Shown in pieces: positions 43,767-53,761 of a stretch of DNA of 64,000 nt; the stretch's first letter is position 1; each line of letters begins with the position of its first letter. Location: the NCBI GenBank assembly GCA_963666285.1, contig OY762711.1, one strand, 5' to 3'. The translations under genes and the position numbers were made by a program. This DNA comes from Sedimentisphaerales bacterium (GTDB lineage: Bacteria > Planctomycetota > Phycisphaerae > Sedimentisphaerales > SM23-30). The notes beneath the pieces are model-generated. The model ran no database searches, had not been told where the DNA came from, and saw nothing but the letters and a program-made list of their open reading frames with translations.

Positions 43767-43927
43767 GGCAGCCTCTGGAAATTCATTTTGAGCGACTAGT
43801 TTTTCTTTTGCCGGCTGACATGCGTCACATAAAACAGTGAATATAGCCCAATATGCACGACTTTATATTCCTTGTCAGCAACCAAAATCTTAAATTATCG
43901 CATCAAAAGCAATATCCAGTGGTCACC
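43767..43927 (+). mobile_element. 161-bp palindromic MITE-like element, copy 3
   Basis: Imperfect terminal inverted repeats GGCAGCCTCTGGAAATTCATTTTGAGCGA / rc GGTGACCACTGGATATTGCTTTTGATGCGA; TTAA on both flanks. Confidence 0.85.
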
Positions 43928-43964
43928 TTAAGACTGAATTAGTGTTATAAAAGGTAGGATAGAT

Positions 43965-46364
43965 ATGAAGCAAAAAGTAGTGTTGTTCAAAATGAGTAAA
44001 TATTATCTAATTACATGCTCGGTATTACTTTTGTTTTTTAATACAGCTTGGGCCGATAACCTTTTGGAGGATGGAGGCTTTGAGAATACCGGCAGCTGGG
44101 CTCAGTGGTGGGGAGGTAATACAGTATTATCTCATACCGACCCTGTTGAAGGAGATAAATGTGCAGCTGTCTGGTTTCAGAATGATGGTATCTGGCAAAA
44201 TGTTGGTTGGGTTTCAGCAGGCACATATGAATATGGGGGCAAACTGCTGGCAGGAGCAAATCTTGTCGGAAAGCGAGTAGTTATTCAGGTAGAGATGGGA
44301 GATGGTGCCGGTACAACCTCATGGACACAACAACTTAATGTTACTCCGGGTATAGCTGAAGATGTCTGGCATTCGGTAAGCGGTAAATTGTTTTTAACAG
44401 AGAGTTATTTTGTCAATATTAATTTAATGCTCGTTGACGAAAACGGCTCCAGCGGCGTCGGGCTATTTGATGATATATATTTCAGAAAGGTCAACGGAGA
44501 TATAGAGACAGGCCGGTATAATTATGGTGCCAGACTTGAGCCTGAGAACCATGTTATGCATTCAGGAGGTCAAAATATACCTGACTTTTGGGAATACTGG
44601 TGGGCTATGAATTCGGATGAGCGTCGCCCGGCATGCTATATGTCATATTGTAATTTAACTTCACCCTTTCTGCCGGCATTGCAGGCTGACCTTGAGCGAT
44701 ATCGAACTGAATTGTCTGATGGAGTTTACATGCCGGTGCAGATGGGGCTCTGGCTGCCAACAAATGACAATAGCGAACTAAATAAGGTAGCTAACGGTGA
44801 GTATGATGGAGATATTCAACGGTTTTGTAACGATCTAAACAAGCTTGGATATCCTGTTTATCTACGCATTGGTTATGAATGCAATGGCAGTCATAACGGC
44901 TATGATCCAGCTATATTCAAGGCGGCATTTATACGTATTACAAATGCACTTCGGGCGAATAAGGTTGAAGCGGCAACGGTTTTCAATGTTATCCAGGGCC
45001 CGTATCTGGCATATTATCCGGGTGATCAATATGTCGATTGGATGAGTATTAATATGTTTGGCAGCGGCAATATTAAAAGTCCGTATACACCGGCATTTCT
45101 TTCTGATGCTGAAACACGTGGTAAACCGGTACTTATTGGTGAATGTGGTCCGGTATATGTGCAGACAAGTAATGGTCAGGCCAGTTGGGACGGCTGGTTT
45201 GTGCCGTATTTTAACTTGATAAAAAGCTGGCGCGGTATAAAGAATTTCTGTTATATTAATGCTGACTGGGGAAATAACGAGCTTGGTTGGGGCGATTGCA
45301 GGCTTCAGCCATATCCTGACGTACTGGGTTTGTATCTGAATGAGTTGGATTCGTCGCTAATTCTAAACGGGGTGAATGAACGGGCATTCCGTAAAGAAAT
45401 ATCAAAGGTTAACGATACAACTGCACCCGGCAAGGTTACAGGTATTGCAGTTGATACAGTAAATTCTCCGGTAATGATAACATGGCAAGAGCCTGAAGAT
45501 GATACAGGAATCAATCGATATGAAATACAGCGAGATGATCAGCTACTTGGTTATTGTACTGCAAATAGTTATGCAGACCAGGATGTTGCCGCCGGTAAAA
45601 CATATATATATCGTATTACCGCTATAGACAGTTGCGGGAACCGCGGAATTGTTTCTGGTCCAATCAAAGTGGTTACTTCGCCGACTGTAGAGATGATTAT
45701 TAACGGCGAATTTGATCTTGGACATTATCCGTGGTCAACAACAGGTAACGGAAACTTGCAAACCGGAATTGATACAAACTCTTTACTGTCCGGTAAAAAT
45801 TCATCGAAAATATTTATCAATTCTGCAACAGGCAATTTCTGGGAGCTGTTGTATAAACAGAATCTTGATACAAAAGCCGGTTTTGTTTATCAGTTAAGTT
45901 TTCAGGCAGTTGCGGACGCAGATACTACTATTTGGGTAGCATTGCAGGAAACGCACAGTCCATGGAGTTCATTTATTAATAAACAGATCAATATAACTAC
46001 TACCCCACAGACGTTTACCTTTAGTGCAGCAGCACCTGATAATGACAATGTTGATTTAAACTTTATGTTGGGAAGCAGTGCTTCCCGTACTATATGGCTG
46101 GATGCAGTAAGCGTGAAAGAGACTTCAAATGATCCAGACCCTCAAACATGCCAGGACGTTCTTAATGAAGGTGTACGTCTGGATTCAGATTTTACCTGTG
46201 ACTGTTATGTTAATATTGATGATATAAACCTTCTTATTCAATATTGGTTGAGCGACACATTCGGCAAGCATGGTTTTATTGATTTGACTGAAATTGCATT
46301 AATTGCAAAAAGTTGGCTTGAATGTAATCATCCACAGGATTATAATTGTATTTCTACTTGGTAA
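43965..46364 (+). CDS. Secreted GH26-family glycanase with CBM-like, FN3, CBM4/9-like and dockerin-like domains
   Basis: PVYLRIGYECNG (acid/base), YYPGDQYVDW, GKPVLIGECG (nucleophile); start is 43965 or 43992. Confidence 0.78.
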   Translation: MKQKVVLFKMSKYYLITCSVLLLFFNTAWADNLLEDGGFENTGSWAQWWGGNTVLSHTDPVEGDKCAAVWFQNDGIWQNVGWVSAGTYEYGGKLLAGANLVGKRVVIQVEMGDGAGTTSWTQQLNVTPGIAEDVWHSVSGKLFLTESYFVNINLMLVDENGSSGVGLFDDIYFRKVNGDIETGRYNYGARLEPENHVMHSGGQNIPDFWEYWWAMNSDERRPACYMSYCNLTSPFLPALQADLERYRTELSDGVYMPVQMGLWLPTNDNSELNKVANGEYDGDIQRFCNDLNKLGYPVYLRIGYECNGSHNGYDPAIFKAAFIRITNALRANKVEAATVFNVIQGPYLAYYPGDQYVDWMSINMFGSGNIKSPYTPAFLSDAETRGKPVLIGECGPVYVQTSNGQASWDGWFVPYFNLIKSWRGIKNFCYINADWGNNELGWGDCRLQPYPDVLGLYLNELDSSLILNGVNERAFRKEISKVNDTTAPGKVTGIAVDTVNSPVMITWQEPEDDTGINRYEIQRDDQLLGYCTANSYADQDVAAGKTYIYRITAIDSCGNRGIVSGPIKVVTSPTVEMIINGEFDLGHYPWSTTGNGNLQTGIDTNSLLSGKNSSKIFINSATGNFWELLYKQNLDTKAGFVYQLSFQAVADADTTIWVALQETHSPWSSFINKQINITTTPQTFTFSAAAPDNDNVDLNFMLGSSASRTIWLDAVSVKETSNDPDPQTCQDVLNEGVRLDSDFTCDCYVNIDDINLLIQYWLSDTFGKHGFIDLTEIALIAKSWLECNHPQDYNCISTW

Positions 46365-46407
46365 AAGATAATACATACAAAGATATACTAAGCTAATGGA
46401 GAGGCAT

Positions 46408-48609
46408 ATGAAATTAAAATGTTATATACTAATATTCACTTTATTAATAATTATTTATCCTGCTCATGCTTTTGATCTTGACCAGGAAACTGAATTGAAG
46501 ATAGATAAGCTTATCCAAAGTATGACACTGGAAGAAAAAACCGGGCAAATGAATCAGATAAGTCATGAATGGCAACCTGGTACAGTTGATGTCGAAGCTG
46601 AGCTAAAGAAAGGTAATATAGGCTCATTTCTATTTGTAAAGGATGTTAATCTTAGAAATCATTACCAGAAATTAGCTGTTGAACAAAGTCGTCTCGGAAT
46701 TCCCGTTATATTTGGCTATGATGTTATCCATGGTTATAGAACAATATTTCCGATACCTTTAGGAGAAGCAGCGAGCTGGGATCTTGATTTAATGGAAAAA
46801 ACGGCTTCGATTGCTGCCAAGGAAGCAAAATCTGTCGGTATTGACTGGACTTTTTCTCCAATGGTTGATATTGCCAGGGACCCACGCTGGGGACGAATCG
46901 CAGAAGGAGCAGGAGAGGATACGTATTTGGGGGCACTTATAGTTAAAGCAAAAGTTCATGGATATCAGGGTGATGACCTGTCTGCGTCAGATACTATTGC
47001 AGCATGTCTGAAACATTTTGCTGCTTATGGTGCAGCTCAAGCCGGCAGGGAATATCATACCACAGATGTGCCAGAAAGAATACTCAGGAATATTTATCTG
47101 CCACCATTTAAGGCAGGAGTTAATGCCGGGGCAGCTACTTTGATGAGTGGATTCAACGATCTTAACGGCGTTCCTGCAACCGGAAATAGATTTATTCTTA
47201 CTGATATTCTGAGAGATGAATGGAACTTTAATGGTTTTGTAGTTAGTGACTGGGAATCAGTAAGGGAACTTATACCTCATGGTTTTGCCAAAGATAAAGC
47301 TCATGCCGCCATACTGGCATCAACTGCAGGTGTTGACATGGATATGGCCAGTCAAAGTTATTATGAAAACATACCAGGTTTGGTTAAGGAAGGGAAATTA
47401 TCCGAAGATGTGGTAGACGAAGCCGTACGAAGGATTCTCAGAGTTAAGTACGCTTTGGGTTTGTTTGATAATCCATATATCGATACAAATTTGCACAAAA
47501 AAGTAATTTTGGCTCATGAACATAGATTGATAGCCAGGCAGGCGGTTCGAGAATCAATTGTATTAGTGAAAAATGATGATAGTCTTCTGCCTTTAGATGG
47601 GACTGCGAAATCAATAGCAATAATAGGTCCTTTGGCTGATAATAAGCCGGATTTACTTGGAACATGGTCAGTTGCGGCAAATGCTGACGATGTTGTTTCG
47701 GTAATTGACGGATTAAGGCAAAAGTTTGATAAAGAATGCGAAATCAATTACGCTAAAGGTTGTGACATAGAAGGTGGATCTACAGATGGTTTTTCTCAAG
47801 CAGTAGAGACTGCAAATAAATCAGAAATTGTTATTATGGCATTAGGTGAAGGAGCGATGCATAGTGGCGAGGCACATAGTAGAGCAGAACTCAATTTACC
47901 TGGTTTACAGCTGCAGTTGTTGAAAGAAATACAAAAAACAGGTAAACGAGTGATATTGCTGTTATTTACCGGCAGACCTCTAACAATAAACTGGGAAATG
48001 GATAATATTTCAACTATATTGATTGCATGGCATCCCGGGATTGAAGGTGGAAATGGAATTGCTGATGTATTGGCAGGAGATTACAATCCATCAGGTAAAA
48101 TAACAGCAACATTTCCTCGTCATGTTGGTCAGATACCATTATATTATAATATGAAAAATACAGGGCGGCCGTTTAATCAGGATGTCAGGTATACGTCTCG
48201 TTATATTGATATGCCAAATGCACCGCTGCTGCCGTTTGGTTTTGGCTTAAGCTATACTAAGTTTAGTTATGCCAATTTAAGTATAAAGAATAATAAAGTT
48301 AAGATACCTGGATCAGTTGCAGTATCTGTTGACATTACAAATACAGGCAATTATGACGGCCATGAAGTAGTGCAAATGTACATTCGAGACCATGTTGGTT
48401 CTGTTACGAGGCCGGTTAAAGAATTAAAAGGTTTTCAGAGAATATTCCTTAAAAAAGGTGAAACAAAAAAAGTAGAGTTTGAGCTAAATACCAGCGACCT
48501 TAAGTTTTTTGGTCTGGATATGGAATATACAGTAGAGCCAGGTGAGTTTACAGTTTGGATAGGAACGAGTTCTAATGAAGGTTTAGAAGGTCGATTTGAC
48601 TTATACTAA
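46408..48609 (+). CDS. bglX: GH3 beta-glucosidase/xylosidase (BglX-like), signal peptide
   Basis: MTLEEK.GQ, DVIHG, RDPRWGR, CLKHF, VVSDW, SGEA, PFGFGLSYT, RPVKELKGF. Confidence 0.9.
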   Translation: MKLKCYILIFTLLIIIYPAHAFDLDQETELKIDKLIQSMTLEEKTGQMNQISHEWQPGTVDVEAELKKGNIGSFLFVKDVNLRNHYQKLAVEQSRLGIPVIFGYDVIHGYRTIFPIPLGEAASWDLDLMEKTASIAAKEAKSVGIDWTFSPMVDIARDPRWGRIAEGAGEDTYLGALIVKAKVHGYQGDDLSASDTIAACLKHFAAYGAAQAGREYHTTDVPERILRNIYLPPFKAGVNAGAATLMSGFNDLNGVPATGNRFILTDILRDEWNFNGFVVSDWESVRELIPHGFAKDKAHAAILASTAGVDMDMASQSYYENIPGLVKEGKLSEDVVDEAVRRILRVKYALGLFDNPYIDTNLHKKVILAHEHRLIARQAVRESIVLVKNDDSLLPLDGTAKSIAIIGPLADNKPDLLGTWSVAANADDVVSVIDGLRQKFDKECEINYAKGCDIEGGSTDGFSQAVETANKSEIVIMALGEGAMHSGEAHSRAELNLPGLQLQLLKEIQKTGKRVILLLFTGRPLTINWEMDNISTILIAWHPGIEGGNGIADVLAGDYNPSGKITATFPRHVGQIPLYYNMKNTGRPFNQDVRYTSRYIDMPNAPLLPFGFGLSYTKFSYANLSIKNNKVKIPGSVAVSVDITNTGNYDGHEVVQMYIRDHVGSVTRPVKELKGFQRIFLKKGETKKVEFELNTSDLKFFGLDMEYTVEPGEFTVWIGTSSNEGLEGRFDLY

Positions 48610-48620
48610 ACTTTTGTATA

Positions 48621-48647
48621 AGTGCGGTTTATGCTTCGCATCAAATG
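48621..48647 (+). repeat. Repeat family B copy
   Basis: AGTGCGGTTTATGCTTCGCATCAAATG. Confidence 0.65.
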
Positions 48648-48729
48648 TTTTACAGCATTATGAGGCTGTCGATTGGTTCTGTAAATAATTGATTTTACAG
48701 CAATGTCAAATTTATAAAATGGAATTGTC

Positions 48730-50412
48730 ATGATTAAAAAACAAAACAGTATTAAGCTTGTTGTATATATTATATGTATTCTTAATGTGTCATGTCTTGT
48801 AGCAAGTAATTCAATCAAAAATGCGTATGAGCTTGATGATATATTTTCTGCGCAAATGGAGCTTATAGATCAAAGACGTGTTTCATGGCTTGAAAAAGCA
48901 GAACAAGCAATGCCAGAGTTAAATCATAAGATTATTAAACCTGTTTCGATTGTTTCTGTTGAGAAAGATACCGGCAAAAGCTTTCAAGGGTGGAAAACAG
49001 TTAAGGCCGGTGAAGTCTCATCTGTCTGTAATAAGCCATTTGCTCCAGGTGACAGTTTTATTCTTGATTTTGGTGACCATTATACAGGGAACTTTTGTTT
49101 TTCTTTATGTAGCATTGACAATCCAGTTGATGCTCCTGTAAGATTAGAGTTCATTTTTGGTGAAGTACCTGCAGAGGTTGGCGATTCATTTGACACTTAT
49201 TGCGGTTCGTTGTCTCGTTCCTGGCTACAGGATGAAATTGTCAATATTGATGTTGTGCCACAAACAGTTAAATTGCCTCGCAGGTATGCGTTCAGGTACG
49301 TTAAGGTTCGGGTTGTCGCCTCAAGTGTTAGCCGTAAATTTGGCTTTACCGATTTTGAAGTAGAAACTCTTACCTCAGCAAACGAAGATAAATTATTACC
49401 TTTTACTCCAAAAAATGAACGGCAGGCTGAACTTGATCGTGTTTCATTAACAACACTTCGAGATTGTATGCAGACTGTATTTGAAGATGGTCCCAAAAGG
49501 GATCGAAGGCTGTGGCTCGGTGATCTCAGGCTCCAGGCACAGGCAAATTATGTGACATATCAAAATTATGATCTGGTTAAACGGTCGTTATATATACTTG
49601 CAGGTACTTCTGATAAGAAAGGTATGGTTTCAACTTGTGCATTTGAGTACCCCAAGCCAGTTCGCGGCGGTGATAGCATTTTAGACTATACGGCATTGTT
49701 TGCACCTACTTTGCTCGATTATCTGGAAGCAAGTAATGACAAAGAAACAGCTAATGACCTTTGGCCTCTGGCTGTCAAGCAATTGGAGTTTGTTCTTGAA
49801 CATGTAAATTCAGATGGTTTATTTATTGATCCAGGAAACTGGTGGCTGTTTATTGACTGGAATAATGACCTGGATAAACAGGCGTCAGAACACGCTATTA
49901 TCATTTACAGTCTCAAGGCTGTTTGCCGTTTAGCTGAGCTGCTTGATAAAAAAGAGCAGGTTTCATTTATTCCGGCTATGGTATCAAGTATGAAATCCGC
50001 TGCAATAAGTAATTTGTGGGATAGTAATCTGGGACTCTTTGTTAGTGGAGCAAATCGTCAGATTTCCTGGGCCTCTCAGTCATGGATGGTATTGGCGGGA
50101 GTAACTTCATCTGAGCAGGCCAGGATGTGTATGGCAAATATTGAAAAATACACAGATGCTCAGAAACCTGTTACGCCATATTTACATCACCATGTTGTTG
50201 CGGCATTAATGGAAGCAGGCTATCATGAAAAAGCTATGGCATATATGAATAATTATTGGGGAAAAATGATAGACCTCGGTGCAGATACTTTCTGGGAAGT
50301 GTTTGTTCCCGGGCAGGATTTCTTGTCTCCTTATAATGGATATCTGATTAATAGCTACTGTCACGCCTGGAGTTGTACGCCAACATATTTTCTGCGTACT
50401 TATAAAAATTGA
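48730..50412 (+). CDS. GH78-like alpha-L-rhamnosidase family protein
   Basis: ILDFG, YAFRY, EDGPKRDRRLWLGD, FIDW, GADTFWE, SYCHAWS. Confidence 0.82.
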   Translation: MIKKQNSIKLVVYIICILNVSCLVASNSIKNAYELDDIFSAQMELIDQRRVSWLEKAEQAMPELNHKIIKPVSIVSVEKDTGKSFQGWKTVKAGEVSSVCNKPFAPGDSFILDFGDHYTGNFCFSLCSIDNPVDAPVRLEFIFGEVPAEVGDSFDTYCGSLSRSWLQDEIVNIDVVPQTVKLPRRYAFRYVKVRVVASSVSRKFGFTDFEVETLTSANEDKLLPFTPKNERQAELDRVSLTTLRDCMQTVFEDGPKRDRRLWLGDLRLQAQANYVTYQNYDLVKRSLYILAGTSDKKGMVSTCAFEYPKPVRGGDSILDYTALFAPTLLDYLEASNDKETANDLWPLAVKQLEFVLEHVNSDGLFIDPGNWWLFIDWNNDLDKQASEHAIIIYSLKAVCRLAELLDKKEQVSFIPAMVSSMKSAAISNLWDSNLGLFVSGANRQISWASQSWMVLAGVTSSEQARMCMANIEKYTDAQKPVTPYLHHHVVAALMEAGYHEKAMAYMNNYWGKMIDLGADTFWEVFVPGQDFLSPYNGYLINSYCHAWSCTPTYFLRTYKN

Positions 50413-50618
50413 TTAGTCAAATTGAATTTATGAAGTATCTTAATGAATAACTTTCATTTGGTGACTTTGGCTATTCATTTTCTCAAGGTCGGTTTATTGA
50501 ATTTTAAAAACCAGTTGTTTTATATATAATACTAAGTTAATATCATACAAGATTTAATTGCAATTGTTTCTGATTGAAGAAAATGATGGTTTATCTGTAT
50601 TTATGGAGTTAAGTATGA

Positions 50619-52045
50619 GTAAACTTTCGCACTTTTTGAGGGTTAAAATTTGAAAATATAAACAAAAAAATATCGGCGATCCGATGTCTTTAATGATTGA
50701 TAACAATAGGACACGGAGGCCGATATGTACTATCAATATTATTCGACATGGACGCAATTTATTCAACAATTTTTTCCAATTTTTACAGAGCCGGGGGCAC
50801 AAATCTTCTGCCGGGTGGTAATTGGTTGGATATTGTGCACTACTCGCCGCACGATAACAGGCATAATACCCTACGCAGACCCGCTGGGCGAACGAGCTCA
50901 CGATGCATATCATCGTTTCTTTCCAGATTGCCGCTGGTCTCTGAGCCGGATGTGGAAGATGCTCACCCTGATTATGGTTCAAAGATTCTGTCCCAAAGGA
51001 ACAATCACTCTGTCCATGGACGACACCCTGTTTCATCGAAGCGGTCCAAAAGTCCATGGAGCCGGATTCTGGAGAGATGCCGTTCGTTCTACCAAGAAAA
51101 GAATAGTATATGCCTGGGGTTTGAATTTGGTAGTAACGTGTCTGCAAATTCAACCATCTTGGGGTGGCGAACCTCTGGCACTGCCGGTCAATATGCGGTT
51201 GCATCGCAAAGGAGAAGAATCCTTGATTGAACTGGCGGTACAAATCATTAATGAAATATGCCAATGGCTTCCAAACAGGCGTATAAGGCTTGTAGCAGAC
51301 GGGTTTTATGCTACTCTGGCTGGAAAGAATCTTGAGAATGTTACCATTATCTCTCGAATCAGGCGTAATGCCGATCTGTTTGAGCTGCCGCCTAAAGTTA
51401 AAGAGAAAACCCGTGGCAGACCTCGCTGTAGAGGGCAAAAACTGGCTAAGTTGGAAAAAATGGCTGCCCATATCAGAAATTGGAGAACAGTTGAGTTTAG
51501 TCAGAGAGGTACGATTATTGAAAGGCTGGTTTATACTCGTATTGCTCTCTGGTATAAGGTAACTCGCAAACCAATCCTTGTTGTTATATGTAGAGACCCT
51601 GAAGGTAAGGAAAAAGATGACTTTTTCTTTACGACAGATATTACTATGGCGCCTGAGGAAGTTTTGACCTGTTATGCCGATCGCTGGGCTATTGAAGATA
51701 CGTTCAAGAACACTAAACAGCTGCTCGGTGTTCAACAGCTGCAGACATATAAGGGCAAAGGACCAGAAAGAGCCGCTGGTCTTGGACTCTGGCTGTACTC
51801 GATGGTCTGGTTGAGGTATCTGACCAAGAAACCCAATGAACAATACTTCTTTGTTCAGCCATGGTATCAACACAAAGAGACTCCGAGCTTCGCCGATGCT
51901 ATCGCTGACCTCCGAAGGGAACTTTGGAGTGAAAGAATTAAATATATGTTCGGTAATTCGGCCGTTCATGATAAAAAATATACGTTTCTGCTGGATGCTC
52001 TGGCTCCAGCGGCTTAAATACACTATAAAAAATGCGAAAGTTTAC
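50619..52045 (+). mobile_element. Complete insertion sequence (IS701/IS4-like DDE), 1427 bp
   Basis: Terminal inverted repeats GTAAACTTTCGCACTTTTT / AAAAAATGCGAAAGTTTAC (one mismatch); 5-bp direct repeat TATGA at 50614-50618 and 52046-52050. Confidence 0.9.
50725..52017 (+). CDS. DDE transposase (IS701-like)
   Basis: SMDDT, VADGFY, Y..RWAIE..FKNTKQ.LG, PWY..KETPSFAD; RBS GGAGG. Confidence 0.88.
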   Translation: MYYQYYSTWTQFIQQFFPIFTEPGAQIFCRVVIGWILCTTRRTITGIIPYADPLGERAHDAYHRFFPDCRWSLSRMWKMLTLIMVQRFCPKGTITLSMDDTLFHRSGPKVHGAGFWRDAVRSTKKRIVYAWGLNLVVTCLQIQPSWGGEPLALPVNMRLHRKGEESLIELAVQIINEICQWLPNRRIRLVADGFYATLAGKNLENVTIISRIRRNADLFELPPKVKEKTRGRPRCRGQKLAKLEKMAAHIRNWRTVEFSQRGTIIERLVYTRIALWYKVTRKPILVVICRDPEGKEKDDFFFTTDITMAPEEVLTCYADRWAIEDTFKNTKQLLGVQQLQTYKGKGPERAAGLGLWLYSMVWLRYLTKKPNEQYFFVQPWYQHKETPSFADAIADLRRELWSERIKYMFGNSAVHDKKYTFLLDALAPAA

Positions 52046-52046
52046 T

Positions 52047-52910
52047 ATGAGATCAATTTATTGTATTATAATATCAATATTCACCTTACCCTTTTATTGT
52101 CTTGCTGAAAACGCTGCCAATGGTGAAAGCCAGATTATTGCAGATCCTAATGTCAATATTGTCAAATTGGCAATGTGTCAGATATTTTGCCTGGATGGTG
52201 ACCGTGAAGGGAATTATGTAAGAATCGAAAACGCATTGAAAAGAGCTTGTGCGCAAAAAGCAGATATAGCCTGTTTTCCTGAAACGGCATTGTTAGGATG
52301 GGTAAATCCTGCCGCTCATGAATCTGCATTTCCGATTCCTGGAGAAGATTCTAACAGGTTAAGTCAGCTAGCGAAAAAGTATAAAATATATATTTGTATA
52401 GGTTTGGCAGAGAAGTCTGATGGTAAGCTTTATGATTCTGCGATACTTATTGATGACAATGGTCAGATTATCTTGAAGCATAGAAAGATTAATGTGCTTA
52501 CCCATTTAATGGAACCGCCGTATGCAAAAGGGGATACAACTGCAGTAATAGATACAAAATTTGGAAGAGTAGGTATATTGATTTGTGCTGATACTTTTGA
52601 TAACAATGCGTTATCCTTAATGAAAGAGCAGGCTCCAGATCTGCTGCTTGTGCCTTATGGATGGGCTGCTGATGTAAAAGAATGGCCTGAGCATGGCAAG
52701 TCTCTAGAAGCGTTTGTAAGAAATGCGGCACAGTTGATAGGTTGCACCTTAGTTGGGACGGATTTAGTTGGTTCGGTCAGTAATGGCCCTTATAAAGGCA
52801 AGGTCTATGGCGGCCAAAGCGTGACTTCTGACAAATATGGAAATATTATCTCTTGTTGTTGTGACAGGGATAGCGATCTTGAAATTGTAACACATAGAAT
52901 TTCTGATTGA
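52047..52910 (+). CDS. Carbon-nitrogen hydrolase (nitrilase superfamily) with signal peptide
   Basis: FPE...HRK...ICAD catalytic triad; native ATG at 52047 lies in the IS target duplication. Confidence 0.85.
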   Translation: MRSIYCIIISIFTLPFYCLAENAANGESQIIADPNVNIVKLAMCQIFCLDGDREGNYVRIENALKRACAQKADIACFPETALLGWVNPAAHESAFPIPGEDSNRLSQLAKKYKIYICIGLAEKSDGKLYDSAILIDDNGQIILKHRKINVLTHLMEPPYAKGDTTAVIDTKFGRVGILICADTFDNNALSLMKEQAPDLLLVPYGWAADVKEWPEHGKSLEAFVRNAAQLIGCTLVGTDLVGSVSNGPYKGKVYGGQSVTSDKYGNIISCCCDRDSDLEIVTHRISD

Positions 52911-52957
52911 TTGCCAAAGTATTTGAAGTATTGCAGTCGTATTAGTAAATGATTATT

Positions 52958-53761
52958 CTATGATATTCTGTATTTAGACGGGCTTATACCTGTATGCTTC
53001 TTAAAAGTTGCAGAAAAATAATATTCATCATTATAGTTAAGCCGCTGAGCAATTTTTTTGATCGGCATATTAGTATTAACGAGAAGCAGTTTGGCTAAAT
53101 CGATCTTTTTCTCTAACATATAGGCATAGGGAGTCTTTTTTACTTCCTGTTTGAATACTCTGATAATGTGTTCAGCAGATTTACCTACATGATCAGCAAT
53201 TTCGGTCATAGTAACGTTAGATTCGATATTCTGAGTGATAAAAACAATTGTATTTCTAACAGTTGAGCTGTAGTTAACCATACTTTCGTGGCTGGAATTT
53301 TTGAGTTTGGTCAGGATTTTATGAAACAGAATAAAAGCAGTATCATGAATGCCGGGCAGGTTTTGGTCAGCGATTTTCAGCATTTTGCGAAAATGGGCTT
53401 CCAGTCGACAGTTAGGTATGTAATAACAGTCTGACAGGTTATAAGCTCGCAGCATTTCTTCTATCATCCATCCGCTTACATCAAAATATAATTTATGCCA
53501 TGGATTATCAGGTTTTGTTTTGCCTTCATGTTTCATCCCTTTTGGCATAATGAATACATCTTTGGATTTAGGATGAAATTTTTCATTTCCCACAGTAACA
53601 GTACCGCTACCGCTTATAACGTAGTTGAATGTGAAATATTTATGATCATTTCTTTTGAAATGTTCGGTTGGTTTATTACTGAATTCAGAAGCCAGCAGCA
53701 GGTTAAAACATGCACGATCATCCAGGTTTAATACGGGATTATAAATTTCAAAAAAACTCAT
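52958..53761 (-). CDS. AraC-family transcriptional regulator
   Basis: N-terminal cupin; C-terminal AKLLL..TNMPIKKIA..L.Y.DEYYFS..FKKHTGISPSKYR. Confidence 0.92.
   Translation of the reverse strand: MSFFEIYNPVLNLDDRACFNLLLASEFSNKPTEHFKRNDHKYFTFNYVISGSGTVTVGNEKFHPKSKDVFIMPKGMKHEGKTKPDNPWHKLYFDVSGWMIEEMLRAYNLSDCYYIPNCRLEAHFRKMLKIADQNLPGIHDTAFILFHKILTKLKNSSHESMVNYSSTVRNTIVFITQNIESNVTMTEIADHVGKSAEHIIRVFKQEVKKTPYAYMLEKKIDLAKLLLVNTNMPIKKIAQRLNYNDEYYFSATFKKHTGISPSKYRIS

Noticed and set aside
43767..43927. 161-bp element as a riboswitch or recombinase-driven invertible promoter
   Set aside because: It occurs in both orientations relative to downstream genes, unlike a riboswitch; no recombinase is in the window and the terminal repeats are imperfect. 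A MITE is more parsimonious, though inversion cannot be excluded without reads.
50554..52023. 489-aa antisense ORF spanning the transposase
   Set aside because: Lies on the opposite strand of a motif-complete transposase, has no recognisable motifs and runs past the IS end; treated as a shadow ORF
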